In this document: positions 44,041-57,681 of the stretch, piece by piece
How the letters are laid out: each line of letters starts with the position of its first letter
Numbering within the stretch: the first letter of the stretch is position 1
Assembly (NCBI GenBank): GCA_965645245.1
Contig: OZ287077.1
Span: 558,001-622,000 of the forward strand
Direction of reading: 5' to 3'
Length of the DNA: 64,000 bases
DNA from: Massalongia carnosa
Lineage: Eukaryota
Program-made: the position numbers and the translations under genes
Notes under the pieces: generated by a model
What the model saw: the letters and a program-made list of their open reading frames with translations, nothing else
Told to the model about the DNA's origin: nothing
Database searches by the model: none

Positions 44041-47000
44041 CTACCAGAAGCTGCACCAACCGATATAATGCTGGCAGAGATTCTCGACGCTCGTAGCTTG
44101 GCCGATCAGCTTGGCGACCTGGCGTTCGACGTTCAGCTCCTCGTCCGGCTTGAAGTCCCGCCCAATCAGCTTGACCTTGACACGTTCGAGCACTTTGAGA
44201 GCGCGCTCGTTCTGCACCTCGCGGTTCTCGCCGCTCGGACCGCTGCCCGTGGCGCTGGGATCCAAGGCGCCCGCAGCATCAAACGCTGCGGCGGGCGCGT
44301 TGGACATGCGGCGGGCGCGGTAGGAGCTACCCGCGCGCGAGGGCTGGATGGTGTCAATGTCGCCAATGATGGAGGCGCGGCGCTCCGAGTGGAAGGATGG
44401 CTCAGGGGGGGATTCGCGGTTGCCGAGGCGCCAGTTAAGCAAGGGGTCGTGGATGAAGGCTTCAAGCACGGCCATGAGAGATTCCTTGTTGTCGCGGATG
44501 ACGCGCATGACGGCCTCGCACGAGAGCTTGTAGCTGCCGTCGATGTTGCTGACCTCCATGGCGAAAGTGAGCATACGTGTAAGACGGAAGGGCACGCGCT
44601 CTGGGTACTTTTCGCGGTGCATGGCCACTTCGAAGCAGTCGCCGAAGTCAATGTGAATCACTTTGCCCGTGATGCGGTCCAGCATCAGGTTGGATGGGTG
44701 ACGGTCGCCAAGGCCGAGGATGTAACCGACCATGGACATTACAGCCAGGGACCGGGTGTAGTTGGTTCGACGCTGGAGCCAGGACTCCGAGCTCTTGCTC
44801 TTGAGCCAGAGAACACGATAGAGATCTTTTCCAGTCGTGTTATCCATGGCGTAACTGAAGACTTCCACCTTTTGCATCAATGTGAGATTGTCATAATCCG
44901 GCGCCATTTGGAGCATGATGCGATGCTCGATATTTAGTAAGATTCTCCGAGCTTCGCGGTAGTCCTTGATCAAATTATGCAGTGTGTCACTATTCGGAAC
45001 CCATCCTAGGAGACCTGAATTTTGTGACAAAGGAATTGCTGGAAATTGCTGTATGTTGAGATGTCGCTTAAAGCTCTCGCTATCGTTGTTCAGCAAGGTA
45101 TTCACCAGGCCAAAAAGCTGCATGACGCGTTCGTCTTGGCGAATATCCTCATGGCCTTTCAACGCGTAGGTGTAAGCTGTTCCATCACTCCCCCGTAATG
45201 TCATCTTGCGTGGACGCTGCTTTGATGGAATTACCGTAAAAAGATGGTCGAAGCTTAATATGCGAATGACAGGCTTGCCGCTCTCATAAGTCCCTGGGAC
45301 GGCCAAATCCAGATCACTAGCGTCTTTGAGTTTCGGAGACACATAGGTAAGGTCCAGAGTCATGAGCTGTGGCAATTGTCGTGCAATCCGACGGAAAACA
45401 CCGTAATAGAGATCCCAAGCTTGGTTAAGGTCACCAACCTCATTACTGTCCCGGTATCGATGACACCATCCGCGAGCTTCGTGAAGCTCGCGGCCGAAAG
45501 CTTGAACAAATGATATTTCTCGAAGTGTTTCAGCTCCCTGGCAGGATTAGTCCGTTCATCAGATTAGTAGGAGCTTGGCTTACTTTGTCAACTTGATCAT
45601 GCAAGGGCGCAAGGGTGGCAAACATCCCTTCGATATCGTGATCTCCAAAGTACCTAAAAGTGGTCAGCGCATGCACGACTTTGAAGGGAAAAGAATTTGC
45701 ATACAAACGCGAAGCTTCCTCAAGGCCCTCATGCCAGAGTTCATGCCACAACACAGCGACCCGGATCAGTTCTTGGCTTACAAGATCGGCCTGCTCCACG
45801 AGATTGGGGCTATGAGTTCGCATACTCTCCATGATTTGGCTTGCTGAGTGGGAACGACGAGTGACGTTAGATTTCATAGCTACCGTAAGAGGGTAGACCA
45901 AGGCTTGAGGATGAGCCTTTCCGACTTCTGCCAACAGGCGATGTATAGACTGGCGGACCCGGGTATTTGGCTGATTGATACGTGCTATCAACTGTGGGAT
46001 AACCTCAAGCCAGGTATCGACGCTCACCGTCGCGAAGCCCTCTGTTATCGCAAGATTCACTTCGAGATCTCCCCCATGAGCGAACCAAAGCGTCAAAAGA
46101 CGAAGCGTATCTTGTAGCGAGCTAGTCGAAGACAATGCGATTGACTTGAAAAAGCCACGTACGGCTGGAACCACATGGTCAATAATAACTTGCTGCGATA
46201 GGTTGGCTGTTTCACGATTAGCCTGAGAAGTAATGGCCGTCACAACCTCAAAATTGGCCAAAGCCCAAGCATGCCATGCCTTATACCAGCCCCGATTGTA
46301 AGAGGTCGCATGAGCGTAAGAAGCAATGATCTCGTGAACATGATCCGACTTCCAATCTCCATGCTTCAAAGCAGTGAGCCATTCACCTTGCTTAAGATAG
46401 CATTTGGCAAGCAGTTTGGTAATGTTGGCAGGGTCTGGACGGTCTTTCTTATTACCAAAACCATCCATTTCACTGGCTAACCCACTCCCATCGAGCATCC
46501 TATCAAGAATATTCGGGTTGAGAGTGAATGGAGTGTTTGCCTTCGTTTCTGCTAATTGTGCCGTGTGTACAGCAAGTTGACGAGATAATTCCTCGGTGAA
46601 ATCGCGAAGATGCTGTAGCGAGTTTTGCTGCTGACCGGTGGTCCATTGGTACTTAAGCTGCGCATATAGAACCTCTGGGACACCGGAAGGGCCTGAAAAG
46701 AAATCGGGCCTACTACTAAAATCTACCGTACGAAGCAAATTCAAGGACTTTTCCGCCAGACCAATCCGACCAGACTTGCGGCAAAGATTTGCAAACTTGA
46801 TCCACATGTCGATGTTCTCATTCGGAGTAATGACAAGCGCCCGTACCTTTAGCATCCGCTGCCAAACTTCGGGATTTCGCTGACAACCCTTAAGGCGTCT
46901 CGTCCAGGTGGTCCTCATTGTGGCTTGTTTGACCTTGTTGCGTTCGCTTTTCTTATACGTGATAATCTCCTCCAGTTCAGCAAGCATCTGAACTCGCACC

Positions 47001-50000
47001 ACTACACCATAGGCTCGGTTGTAGGACTCTCCTAGTAGAGCGCTTAACTCCGTGTCAAGGGCCTCTCGAGCTTTCTCGATATGCTCGGATGCAAGTTGAA
47101 AATGATTGCGATGAATGGCTAATATTGCACCAAAGAAAGAACGATCGGGAGATTGAGACTTCATAGCCTCAAGGTAGTTATCCATTAACTCCCATTGCCC
47201 GAGTCCCCATGCGGCTGCGGCAGCTAGAGGTGCAATTGCTCGTTTGTGATCGATGGAAGCAAGATTCCATTTCTCTTCAGCCAGATTCGATAGAAGATCC
47301 CATTCCCCAAGGGCGTGCAGACATCTCATCTTTCCCATTGTAATTTCGAAAGATTCCGGATCTTCTTTCTCGCGCCTCTGATAAGCTTGCAGGGCCTCGT
47401 CCCAGCGCTCAAGCTTCTCAAACCATGTCTCCTTGAGCTCAAAATCCTTATACTTCTGGGCGTTGCGTAGAATTCCTACTGCAGCGTCCGACTGTTGAAG
47501 TTGGTTGTTAATGTAGATGAGTGCCTCGACCGTGCTTGGGGTCTTCTCTTCCTCAAACTCTAGCTCTTTGTAATGTAAAGCTTTGGCGAAAGCATGACAC
47601 TTTGCAGCGTACATGCCCAAGGTACGAATGTCAATTGGGAGGGCCTTATCGTCATGCTCCATAAACTCCGCTAGGTTCAGTAGAACCTGCAAGATCTCAG
47701 GCGGCAAATGGGGAGAGGTCAAGGCTATCTCCAGCGACCGTAAAAGATCCTCCTGATACTGTTCGTATAACTCGGTCCAGCAAGATACAAATGCGGCATT
47801 AAAAAGATCCTTTGCGAGTGTTTGATAAACACTTGCTAACCCAGCACAGGCTCGTAGCGCATGGTGTGGTGATTCTTTTAAAAGTTCAACGCTAAACCGT
47901 CTCATCCATTCTTGCCAGTCTTCGCGTGTAGACTTCTGGGAAGCTTCCCATGCATTTTTCAGATGCTCTTGGTTAACCGGAAGCTTTTTCTGACCAATAT
48001 CGGTGTATGTGGTATCCTCGCTGAGACCTCCATAGTGATCATCTGGACTTAGATCTTGAGGTAATGATTCACCCTTCTGTAACTTCGACACAAGCAAGTC
48101 GTAATTATGATGAGAAACGTGATTAGCAACCAGGACTTTCTTGACCGTAGCCATATAGATTAGATAATCCTCTCCCAGTTGAAAAATGTATGCACAAAGG
48201 CAGTCGAGTGCAGCTTGTCGTAACGATTGCTCCTTACCTGCAAGAACGTCAGTCAAATTATGGATTATCATCGATGCGTAGTCCGAAATGTTGACTTGTC
48301 GGGATATCTTTCCAATGGTGTCTATAGCAGCCTTCCGTGTAACTACAGGATTTGCCTGCTTTTGAAACATTCGTACCAGCGCTGGGATGATGAGATGCAT
48401 GTATTCCTCGCCAGTTGAACCAAAAATAAGAATGGTACGCAGAACTCTGTCAGTAGCGATTCGTCGTACAGAGCTGTCTTTTTCAAGAACATTTAACATA
48501 AGCGGCAGTATTTTCGCGATATGTGCTTTAAACTCTCCAACAAGGGATCTTGACAGAGCTTCTACAAGAGCAAGCACAGTAGCTTGAATCTGTGTATTAG
48601 TCGACCAATAGTCTAGAACCAGCTTTAGAATGTCTTTGGCGAATGGTCTGATATGCTGGCGCACAATAGTTACTAGGATTGACAGCTGATTGAAGTAAGA
48701 CTCGAGACGATTTGAAGGAGCGTTGCGAATGACAGCAACGAAGCTCGGAATGATCTGGCCTAAGAAAGGCACACACTTGAGGCCCAGGGTCTTGAATATA
48801 GTCACGATAGCATCAATAACAGCGGAATGGTATTGTGAGAGAGACGCGTCTCTCAATACCGTCTGCATCAATGTGTTCATGACAACAGTCGGGTAGTATT
48901 CCTCATTTGTGGGAGTAAGTCCCTGCATAATGAGGGCCACGTCTGTGACCGACTGATTTTCGTTCTTGAGCCGGAGCTCAGGAGAGTTTTCCATGATTTG
49001 CTAAACAGGTAAGTTTGAATGATAGAAGTAGTAAAAGTGCAAGCAGGCTTACCTGGTGCCTATATGGATCAAGCGCACCAAGGATACCAAGCAGTTTGAT
49101 AGTCTCCTTTCGTAATGAACCCTGCTGCTCGCTCTTTGTAATGTTTACCAAAAGATCTAATAGATGAGGATAGTCTAAATAAGGCTGAATGACATAACCG
49201 GAATTGCTCGCTAGTTGACCCAAAGTATGCAAAGCTGCCTCTCGCTTGCTTTGAGAGCTCAGATCCTGCAAAGCGTCGATGATAATCGGCATGAGCTCTG
49301 GGATAAAAGGTAGAAGTTCGTCGCCTCCAATAGTAGCGAGTTCACCAATAGCCTTCAGAGTAGTTGAAGCTACACCCACATTGGAGTCACCAGCCTTGGG
49401 CAAAAGGGTCTTTACCAGAGGAATAACATATGGTTTGACGAGTTTGGACGTATTAGCAATGTAGAGACTAATCAGTCTCGCACCTTCTTCCTCGTATCTG
49501 GGATCGCCCGAGGACCTAATCCCCATCATAAGATTTACCAACAGCTTTCGTAAAGGAGGGAGCACGTATGCTGGGTTTTTGTCGGTCAGGCGGCCGATGA
49601 TTATGATTGCAGCTTGCCGGACTTGGAAATCAGAGTCGCTGACGGCAAGGAAGAGTGCTCGAATGTTGTCTGGCTTGGCAAGATGTCGATCGAATTTTGT
49701 GTCTAATGAATCGAGGACCGTCCGTCGAATATCTGGATCAGAGTCTGCCACGCCTACAGTAAGAAGTCTCTCAATGACTTCGGCAACAACTCTGATAGCA
49801 TGAAAGCTTGTTTGATGAATTATCGGGTCGCGTATGTAGAGCTGGCAGCAGGTTAGGGCAGAAGCTTTTCGGATTGCTGAGTTGCTGCTGTCAAGATATC
49901 GTATTGCAACATCCCGCACAAACTCGTTAAGAACATGACCTATAATGAGTCAGTTTATTTCTCATGTGATTCATGCTATAGATGAAACAAACCAGCAAAA

Positions 50001-51550
50001 TCAAAGCTACCAAGAGTCCGCAAAGCTAGAGCTATCTCGGAATCTTTATGCTCAGACACCTGAAGATTAAAATCTTTTGCAAATGCTGGTATAGCAGGAA
50101 GCTTGTTCTCAGGGCATCCTAACGGCTTAAAAGGGCGTCCGTCCAGGACAAGACTGAGAAGATCTAGTAGCTTTTCTTGGATCATAGACTTAATAGGGTG
50201 AATGTAATGAGCCATGTCCACAAGGGCTTGGGTTAGAGATTCACTTAGACCGCAGGCAAACATCGGATCTAATAAAGCTTCCATGTACTTGCTAAGGGTC
50301 TGCCCAACGGCAATTGATAACATGCTGATACACTGGAAAACGGGCGCCTCGTCTGTACCAATACGATTACGCCTAAGAAAATTAGCATTGATTAATACAC
50401 TGGGTCCTTCCACCTACGCCTTGACACTCAAACCCTCCCGTATAAATACAATGATACTATCAAGGTATGGAGCAATGGCACTGCCGACAGCATTGGCTAT
50501 CTTCCCTATAGCAACGAAGGCAGCATTTCGGTCCTTGTCCTTCTTAAGCTGCCCATGCAGGTACATCATGAACTTGTGTAAGTATGTTTGCGCAAACTCA
50601 GTCGGTGCGTAACCTGCCAGAATGGGAACAATGACAACGATTTGATTTCGAATTCTTGCCTCCTTATGCTCCTTCAGTCGAAGTGCAACTTCACAAGCGT
50701 CGCGATAGTGTTCATGCATAAACATGCCGCCCTTGAGAAGAAGCTCCTTGATGGTGAGGAGGGAACCATGGAGATATTCAAGGGCATTAGATTTCAAACC
50801 TTGCATGGCTTCCTCGTACATTCTTGAAAACCAGTGTTGTCGGAGTTGGGCATCGCGAGCCGATATGATTTCAAAACACGCGCCGACAGCTTCTGCAGCC
50901 GTTTCGCGAATAAGCACTTTGGCATCCCGAAGAGCCACCCAGATACAGTCGAATATCTGAGGGACGAACGCATAAAGTAACGTCGGTGAGTTCTTTGCCA
51001 GTTCCCGTATGATTAGTGCTGCTGCAAATCTCCGGCTCTCTTGACGATCTGACTGCAGCCATTCTAAAGCTGATTTCACCTCGCTCTCAACTAGCTCTGC
51101 AGTGAGAGCGCCTCCAGGAACCGCAAGGTGTCCAAGCGCGCGTGCAGCAAACATAAGCACTGTATTGTCATTACTCCGCAAAGCAGCTCGAAGAAAGCCT
51201 GAGAATCGTGTGGTCTTTTGGGCCGCATCATCCCCATCAAATTGGATAAGCTGTTCCACAGCCAGAATTCCCCCAATCTTCTCATTAGGTTCATTACTCG
51301 TCACTGTGAAATGGGAGATTCGTTGGTTTACGATGTTGTAGTAGTCTTGGAATTTATCAGGAGGTAGTTCTAAAATTCCATCAGTTCGAGGTTCGTAGTT
51401 GATCAAGTATTACAAGTGTGACGAACCTCGTGAAGCCGTTGCGACAAGCCCATACAAATCATATGATGCTCGCAATCTGGCATCCTCACTCTTGGATTTG
51501 AGTTCAGCGAAGGTGCGATTCAAAGCATCTGTAAATTGTAAAGTGGCCAT
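44041..51550 (-). CDS. TOR: TOR kinase (PIKK: HEAT, FAT, FRB, kinase, FATC), 7 exons
   Basis: [15 protein letters not shown] (FRB), [36 protein letters not shown] and terminal [12 protein letters not shown]. Introns at 51370..51426, 50373..50417, 49940..49992, 49001..49052, 45654..45704 and 45538..45583. Confidence 0.98.
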
Positions 51551-52245
51551 TTCGAGAGCATTGTATGTTAGTGAGTCGACCAAAGTTTTGGTTTCTGGAA
51601 GATCATCTGGCGCGATGACCTCGTCTTGAAGTTCATATTGAACACATTCAGGAAGATGCCGGTCGGCAGATGTTTGTTCCATAGCGCAGTTTATTAGCGA
51701 GAATGAAGATGACGTTTGCGGGCCGATAGATAAAGCGAAGCGACTTTCGGATGAACGGTTTTGTGTGGGCCAAACAGCGGTCTAAACCACCTAAAGACTA
51801 GTATAGGGCTGTCATAAGATTCACTAATAAAGCTTCGACGCGTAGAATACCTTCACGTGATAATTAAGAAAAACAAGCATAAGCTAGAATTCACGAATGA
51901 ATATTAGTTACCTAGATATGACTTATAGTCTGTCATCTGCTTCTTTGGCTAATATTATGCGAAAACCGAAATTAATGGCCGAGATGATTGAAAAGTAATC
52001 ATAGAGTTTGGACCAAAGATGGAAGAAAATAATTCAGATTGATAGATTATTCTACGAATCATACGCCTATAAACAACCAAATCATGTCGAGAAACTCGAT
52101 AATTATATTAGGACTTGAAATTTTCTATCAATCAGCGCTGAGACTCTATGTTCCACTTCATAAGATCGACAATGGAGGCCTAGTTGACAACTAATGCCAA
52201 CTTGCTACTATTCGTCGAAGAAAGTCCGCAATAAAAAAATCTCCT

Positions 52246-53513
52246 CTAGGAGGCCACGGCTTCAAGGCTTTTTACTGTATCAATTATAGATTCATGGAGG
52301 CTTCTATATTTGATCTTTAAAATCTTCTTCGTTCTTGAATCATCTATACCGAATATCGCTGGTAGACTACAAGTCAGCAATTTTCAACACAGCTAAAACG
52401 TTCTCTGCCTGTTAGCAATTGGGTTAAACGAACCTTCTTCGGTATCTCCTCTGCTGTCTGGCACATTATCCGCCAGATCTGGAAAAGACCCGCGAACGAT
52501 ATCCGCAATCTGACGATTGCTGAAGTAGCCGGCTGTAATAAACAATCGCTTGTTGGCCGCCTCGGGTAGTTCGGCGGCTTTGACATGTGCTAAAGCCAAA
52601 TCCCGTACATCAACCCAAGGAAAGAGGCTCGTTGATGGAGCCTCATTTTTTACTTTTCCAAAAGCTATGTCGCGGATCCGCTGGTTGGATGTATTGAGAG
52701 CATCAAGGGACGTGAGATGATGGGCGATGGGACCGAGGACGAGCGGAGGGCAACACTATGGGTAACGGGCTGGTTAGATGTGGAATGACATACTACAAAT
52801 CTTAAGGATGGTGAGCTAACGGTTACGAGGGTGAAATTTGGGTTTTCTGTCTCCAGAAAGTCCCATGAAGCTTTCTCAGCAAATTTTTTGCTTGCGCGGT
52901 ATCCATACTTCGAAGGATCTTCAATGGCTTCTTCGACAGTAACTGGGTTCCAATCTTTTTCGGAATAGACGTAACTGGGGCGATTTCCTTGTTTGGGGTC
53001 AAAAATTGCTGCGAAGGAGCTTGTAATGACCTGCAGGAATTAATCGTTTCTCAAAGGCTTTAGGAAGGGATGGAGAGGCTCACAACTCGCGTGACTGTTG
53101 GCGCGCTAATTTTGATGGCTTTTAGCAGGCCTGTGGTCCCTATAATTGCAGGGTCAAGAAAGTCTTTTTGCACATCTTTGATGTTGTGATGAAACGGCGA
53201 GGATGTATGGATCACAGCCTCAAATGGAGGATCAGTCTTTACAGCCCGGTCAAACGCCCCTTCTACGGCAATGTCCTCCACAATCACGAAATCCAGTTTT
53301 TCTTTCCCGATAGCTGGATGTGCGTCCTTGATGGCTTGAGCTTTCTCCTTAGAACGCACACTTGTCACTACAGAATGTCCACGTTCGATGAGAAGGTCAA
53401 GCACATGAGCTGCGATGAAGCCACTTCCGCCTAAGATATATGTTACTAGTAAAAGCCAAGTCCCAGTTTACGTTTTTTATTGGAGCCTCACCTGTCAGAA
53501 AAATACGTGTCAT
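52246..53513 (-). CDS. NAD(P)-dependent epimerase/ketoreductase (GRE2-like extended SDR), multi-exon
   Basis: MTRIFLT|GGSGFIAAH, VIHTSSPF, ITSSFAAI, YRASK and WVDVRDLALAHV. The last splice junction (about 52367..52432) needs a weak donor, so intactness is not certain. Confidence 0.85.
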
Positions 53514-54033
53514 GGCTTTCAGGTTTCAAGCGGCGAATAATGTCAATGCTAGAGAGTTTGATGCAAGTGCCACAGAAAAGAAACATTTAGAGAAATCAAG
53601 CAGGAAACGGGACTTCAAAGCAACAAAGAAGCCACTTTCTGACCACCGCCGGAGCAATGCGGTTATCTTGGTTAAGTCTGTGGAAGACGTCATGCGGGAC
53701 CTGCCGACACCTCCAGTCTGTAAGATTTTATTTCTTATTTTTGGGATTTGTGTTTCATTTTTGTGTTACAGGTGGTCATTGAACCTTCTTACAAAAGAGA
53801 TGCTAGTACGGCATCATTTTCCAGTTATTGACTTATAGGGGAAGAGATTACTCAACACACCTTTTCATTGCGTGGACCTTACCATCAAGCCTACCTTCCA
53901 GCGCCAGGTAGCAAAGTTTCAAAACAATAACCTTAGTAGAATCTTCAAAGAGTTGTACAGTGAAAGCTAGATAATTCGCTAATGGTAACCTTAGACAGAT
54001 GGCAGGGAAGAACTTGCTCAAGATAGCGAGGTA

Positions 54034-55065
54034 CTATTGTCGCGGAAGAGTGATGCCATGTAGCCCTTCATATGATGCTGGCGCGGGTGATTACCATTTT
54101 TCAAGTATAGTAGAGTCGGTTAACTTATAAACCTCGACTCCAAGCGGACGACAAGTTTTTAGCATTTCATCGCTTGTGCCCCAGCCCCAGGCAGACAAAT
54201 CTCTCCCAGGGCAGGTGGAAAATTTGCAGAGCACATTGATTTCGGCAAAAATCTCGAAGAAGTCGCCAGGTTTTGCGGGGCTTGGTTCCCTGTAGGAGAA
54301 TTCTGTTCTCAACTCATATTTTGTCATATTGTATCGAGAAATCAAGCTCACATAAAGTATTGACCGTTCGTATTAAGGCCAGTTACTTGAAAGACATTGA
54401 GAACATCATGGACATCAAACTCATTGAGTCCGTAGGGAAGGATGGCGCGTGTAAGGTTTGAATGACACTAATAGTCAAATGCCTGGCCAGAGAGCATCTA
54501 GTTGACTTCGAGCTAGCCGTTCAGCGTTCGAAGTTTAGTACGTCGAAGGCCTAACATACCGTATGGATCACACCGAGTTCCAGGCAACTAGTTCAGATTA
54601 ATAAATTAGGTTTGCAATAAAACGAGATGATGTTTCGTGGAAAAGGCTCTGTACCTACATCATGAACTCTTCCTCCAACACCATCGACTCCATAGCCAGA
54701 CAGAGTCTGCAGTGATGGTAACCAGAGGTCTCAGATATGGAAGGCATGACCACAGGCGGTCATATACAGTAACATGCGAGCAGTGAAAGCTGCCTCGTAC
54801 GAGCCGCCCAAAAGCACTCCCTGGGGTTATGTAGGTTCCAGATATTTAGATCGCCAACCTGAGGACCATACGGGGTGGTCAATCGACAAATATGGCCTTT
54901 TGGGACCTTCCATGCTCGACCTGAGCAGATAGGCAAGATAAAAGACTCGACTACTTCTCTTGAAGTTGATGCTCCGATCCTGGAATAAAGTTCTTGGTTG
55001 ACCTGAAGCGGCGAGCATTCTGAGGTCTTGTATGCAGGAGAAGGAACCCTTTCTCGAGTCGACAT
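54034..55065 (-). pseudogene. DUF1989 (urea carboxylase-associated family) gene, disrupted
   Basis: GPQVGDLNIWN, WAARTRQL, DVHDVLNVFQVTGL and FFEIFAEINVLC..STCPG. A +1 frameshift near 54787 and a premature TAA at 54091..54093. Confidence 0.82.
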
Positions 55066-55218
55066 GATCAGAACTTAACTTGCAGATAATTGTGACGTGT
55101 GCTTGGATTTAAGATCACCGTAGTAACCAGCTCATGTTCCCCTTGTATCGAGTGATTCTTTAGAGCTATGTCTTACGCGGAGAGACCACTGATTTTGTTA
55201 ATCCTCGACGTATCCTAT

Positions 55219-57332
55219 CCCTTCGTGCGCCGGTAACTCATCCACCCCAAAAGGGTTTAATGCATTACCGTAGGGCTGAGGGACGAACATCAAAATATTT
55301 ACCTTTTCATCGTGTGGTAAACACCTGAATATCAATGTTTCACCTGATTATTCCCATTCATCATGCGAGGTATTGAGATAGAAGTTCCGGACCAATCAGA
55401 CGTGGTACCATCTGAAATATTAAATCAACAAAAAGGGAAGCAGAAGCTCAGTGTTGACGAAATAACTAAATCTTTACCTCCTCTCTCCTCTAAATACTCC
55501 CCTATTTTTGTGCCATATCGAAAGCCCGAAAGCATACTTGCATCCAAGGAGCAAACTCCTTACAGCTTATTTAGTCTTTTTATCTCCTCCAACTTGCTTC
55601 AAATCATCGCAAATCACACCAATCTGAAGGCAGATAGAGAGCGCGTTCAAGTAACCAAACATCAGAGACCTTGGTATCCGACTAACCTTTCTGAAATTGG
55701 AGCCTTTTTAGGAATTTTGCTTTATATGGGCTATACTCCCATGCCTCGTATTGTGATTTTGGAACGTCAATCCTAAGCTTGCTATTCATTCTATTATCCT
55801 CAAATCTATGAGTCGTACTCGATGGGAGCAAATCAGACGATATTTAAAAATATCCAATCCTATCGAAGACGATAAGGTCAATACCCGGGGCCCTGATTGG
55901 TGGAAGAAATTATAACCTCTCATCACCGAGTTTCAGGTTAACTCACAAAGATACTGGACTCCTGGTAGTCATGTCTCTGTTGATGAGCAATTGATTATGT
56001 TCAAAGGGAGGAGTTGTCATACCATGCAAATAGCTACCAAAGCGGCTGGGGTAGGATTCAAACTGTATAGCTTATGTCAAGAGAATTATCTCTTTGACTT
56101 CCTTCTCACGTCCAAGGTATGAAGCAGAATATCGATAATTTAGGTCCAAATAGCTAACTTCCTGCTCAGGTTACCAAGATTAGCGAGTTAAACAGCTAGA
56201 CAACTGGGTTTTCCAGCCACAAAATGGGAATTAACTCCTTCATCTTTAGTTGTTATTCAACTTTGCAAAAGCCTTCCTCCAGCCAACAAATTCGTTTTGT
56301 TTGTCGACAACTTTTTTACCAATACCAGATTATTCAAAGCTCTGAAGACGATGAACATTGGGGCGTGTGGGACGGCTAAAGCGGGAAGTGGTTTTCCTGA
56401 TCGACTACTACGAATACGTGTGGTCGCTACCAAAAAAACGGATAGGGGGAAAATGGGACTGATGACAACCGAGTCTAGTAAGAAATTTGGTGTTGATGAC
56501 GGAGACATTCTTTGTATGGCCTAGGTAGATCTCAATACGGTACATTATATGACTATCTGTCATACAGTTGATGAAATGAAGACTATCATCTACAAAGACG
56601 AAAAACGTCGTCATGGAATACCCAAAATATCTGTTGTATTCGACGAAAATGAAACACCTAAACTTTCATTTCCGATGCCAATTGTCGAGTACAGTACTTA
56701 CATGGGGGGATCGGACGGAAATGCCCAACAAAGATCCTATTATTCGCCGCATCGAGCTAACAGCCGCTATCGGTTTATTTTTCTTTTAGAATCGGCCGTT
56801 TTAAATGCCTTCAAACTATGGCAATTGATTAATCCTCATTCGAAACTAACACATCTGGAATTTCAACGTCAAATAGTCGAGGCATTGCTAGCACCAGCCG
56901 GACAAAGTCGAAAACGATCATTAGCCATTGAGGTAAAATCAACTGAGGTGGTAGAAACGGCAAATTCTTGTGAATGGGAGCACATGGGAAAGCTACTTTA
57001 TTGTGGTCCCTGTAAAGAAAATAATGCCAGGCTTCGAAAACGCCAGGCCCTCGAAGAAATTTCTCAAAATTACACCAAAAGACGACGTGGATCACAGACA
57101 ACGTGGCGATGTAAAAGCTGTGGGCCTTGTTGCAAGAAGGAGATATGTTGGAAAGCGTTGCATTCGTAGAATTAAATCATAAACGTCAATTTTTGGGAAA
57201 ATTACAAATACTCCGTAAGGGCGAAGCATTAAATCTGATTGGTTTAAATAAAGTGCTTTGTCATTATCCGAATCGATTAGTCATTACCCGCACGACGGGT
57301 GTGGTATGGATGAGTTACCGGCGCACGAAGGG
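55219..57332 (+). mobile_element. piggyBac-like DNA transposon, degenerate transposase, 26-bp perfect TIRs, no TTAA flanks
   Basis: TIR CCCTTCGTGCGCCGGTAACTCATCCA at both ends. Motifs MSRTRWEQIRRYL, VSVDEQLIMFKGR, VDNFFT, GACGT, YMGGSD and a C-terminal Cys-rich domain. Contains stops, frameshifts and a probable intron starting at 56117. Confidence 0.92.
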
Positions 57333-57681
57333 ATACCTTCTCATGTACGAAGTACTCCAACGCAGAGCTAGAAAGAACTTCCTCGGCAGGCGAGATGCCA
57401 GCAAAAACGCTAATTTCATGCATTAAGAATGAGAATTCCGCAAGTATGGGGTCCCTAAAGGTGGGGCAAGATCCTATGACCGGCCGCTAAGAGACGGACA
57501 GCAAAGACTGATATGGTATTTCCTCTATTGTTCTACAACACACAACAGCAGAATCTCGGAAAACCAAACGGAAATATTATGTGTAGTAGCTCTCGCATAA
57601 AACTCGTTAATAAATCCATCCTTACTTCCCCTCGTCTTGTAAGCCTTCGCTCATCTCCCAGCCTCTTCTCTTTCGCCACCC

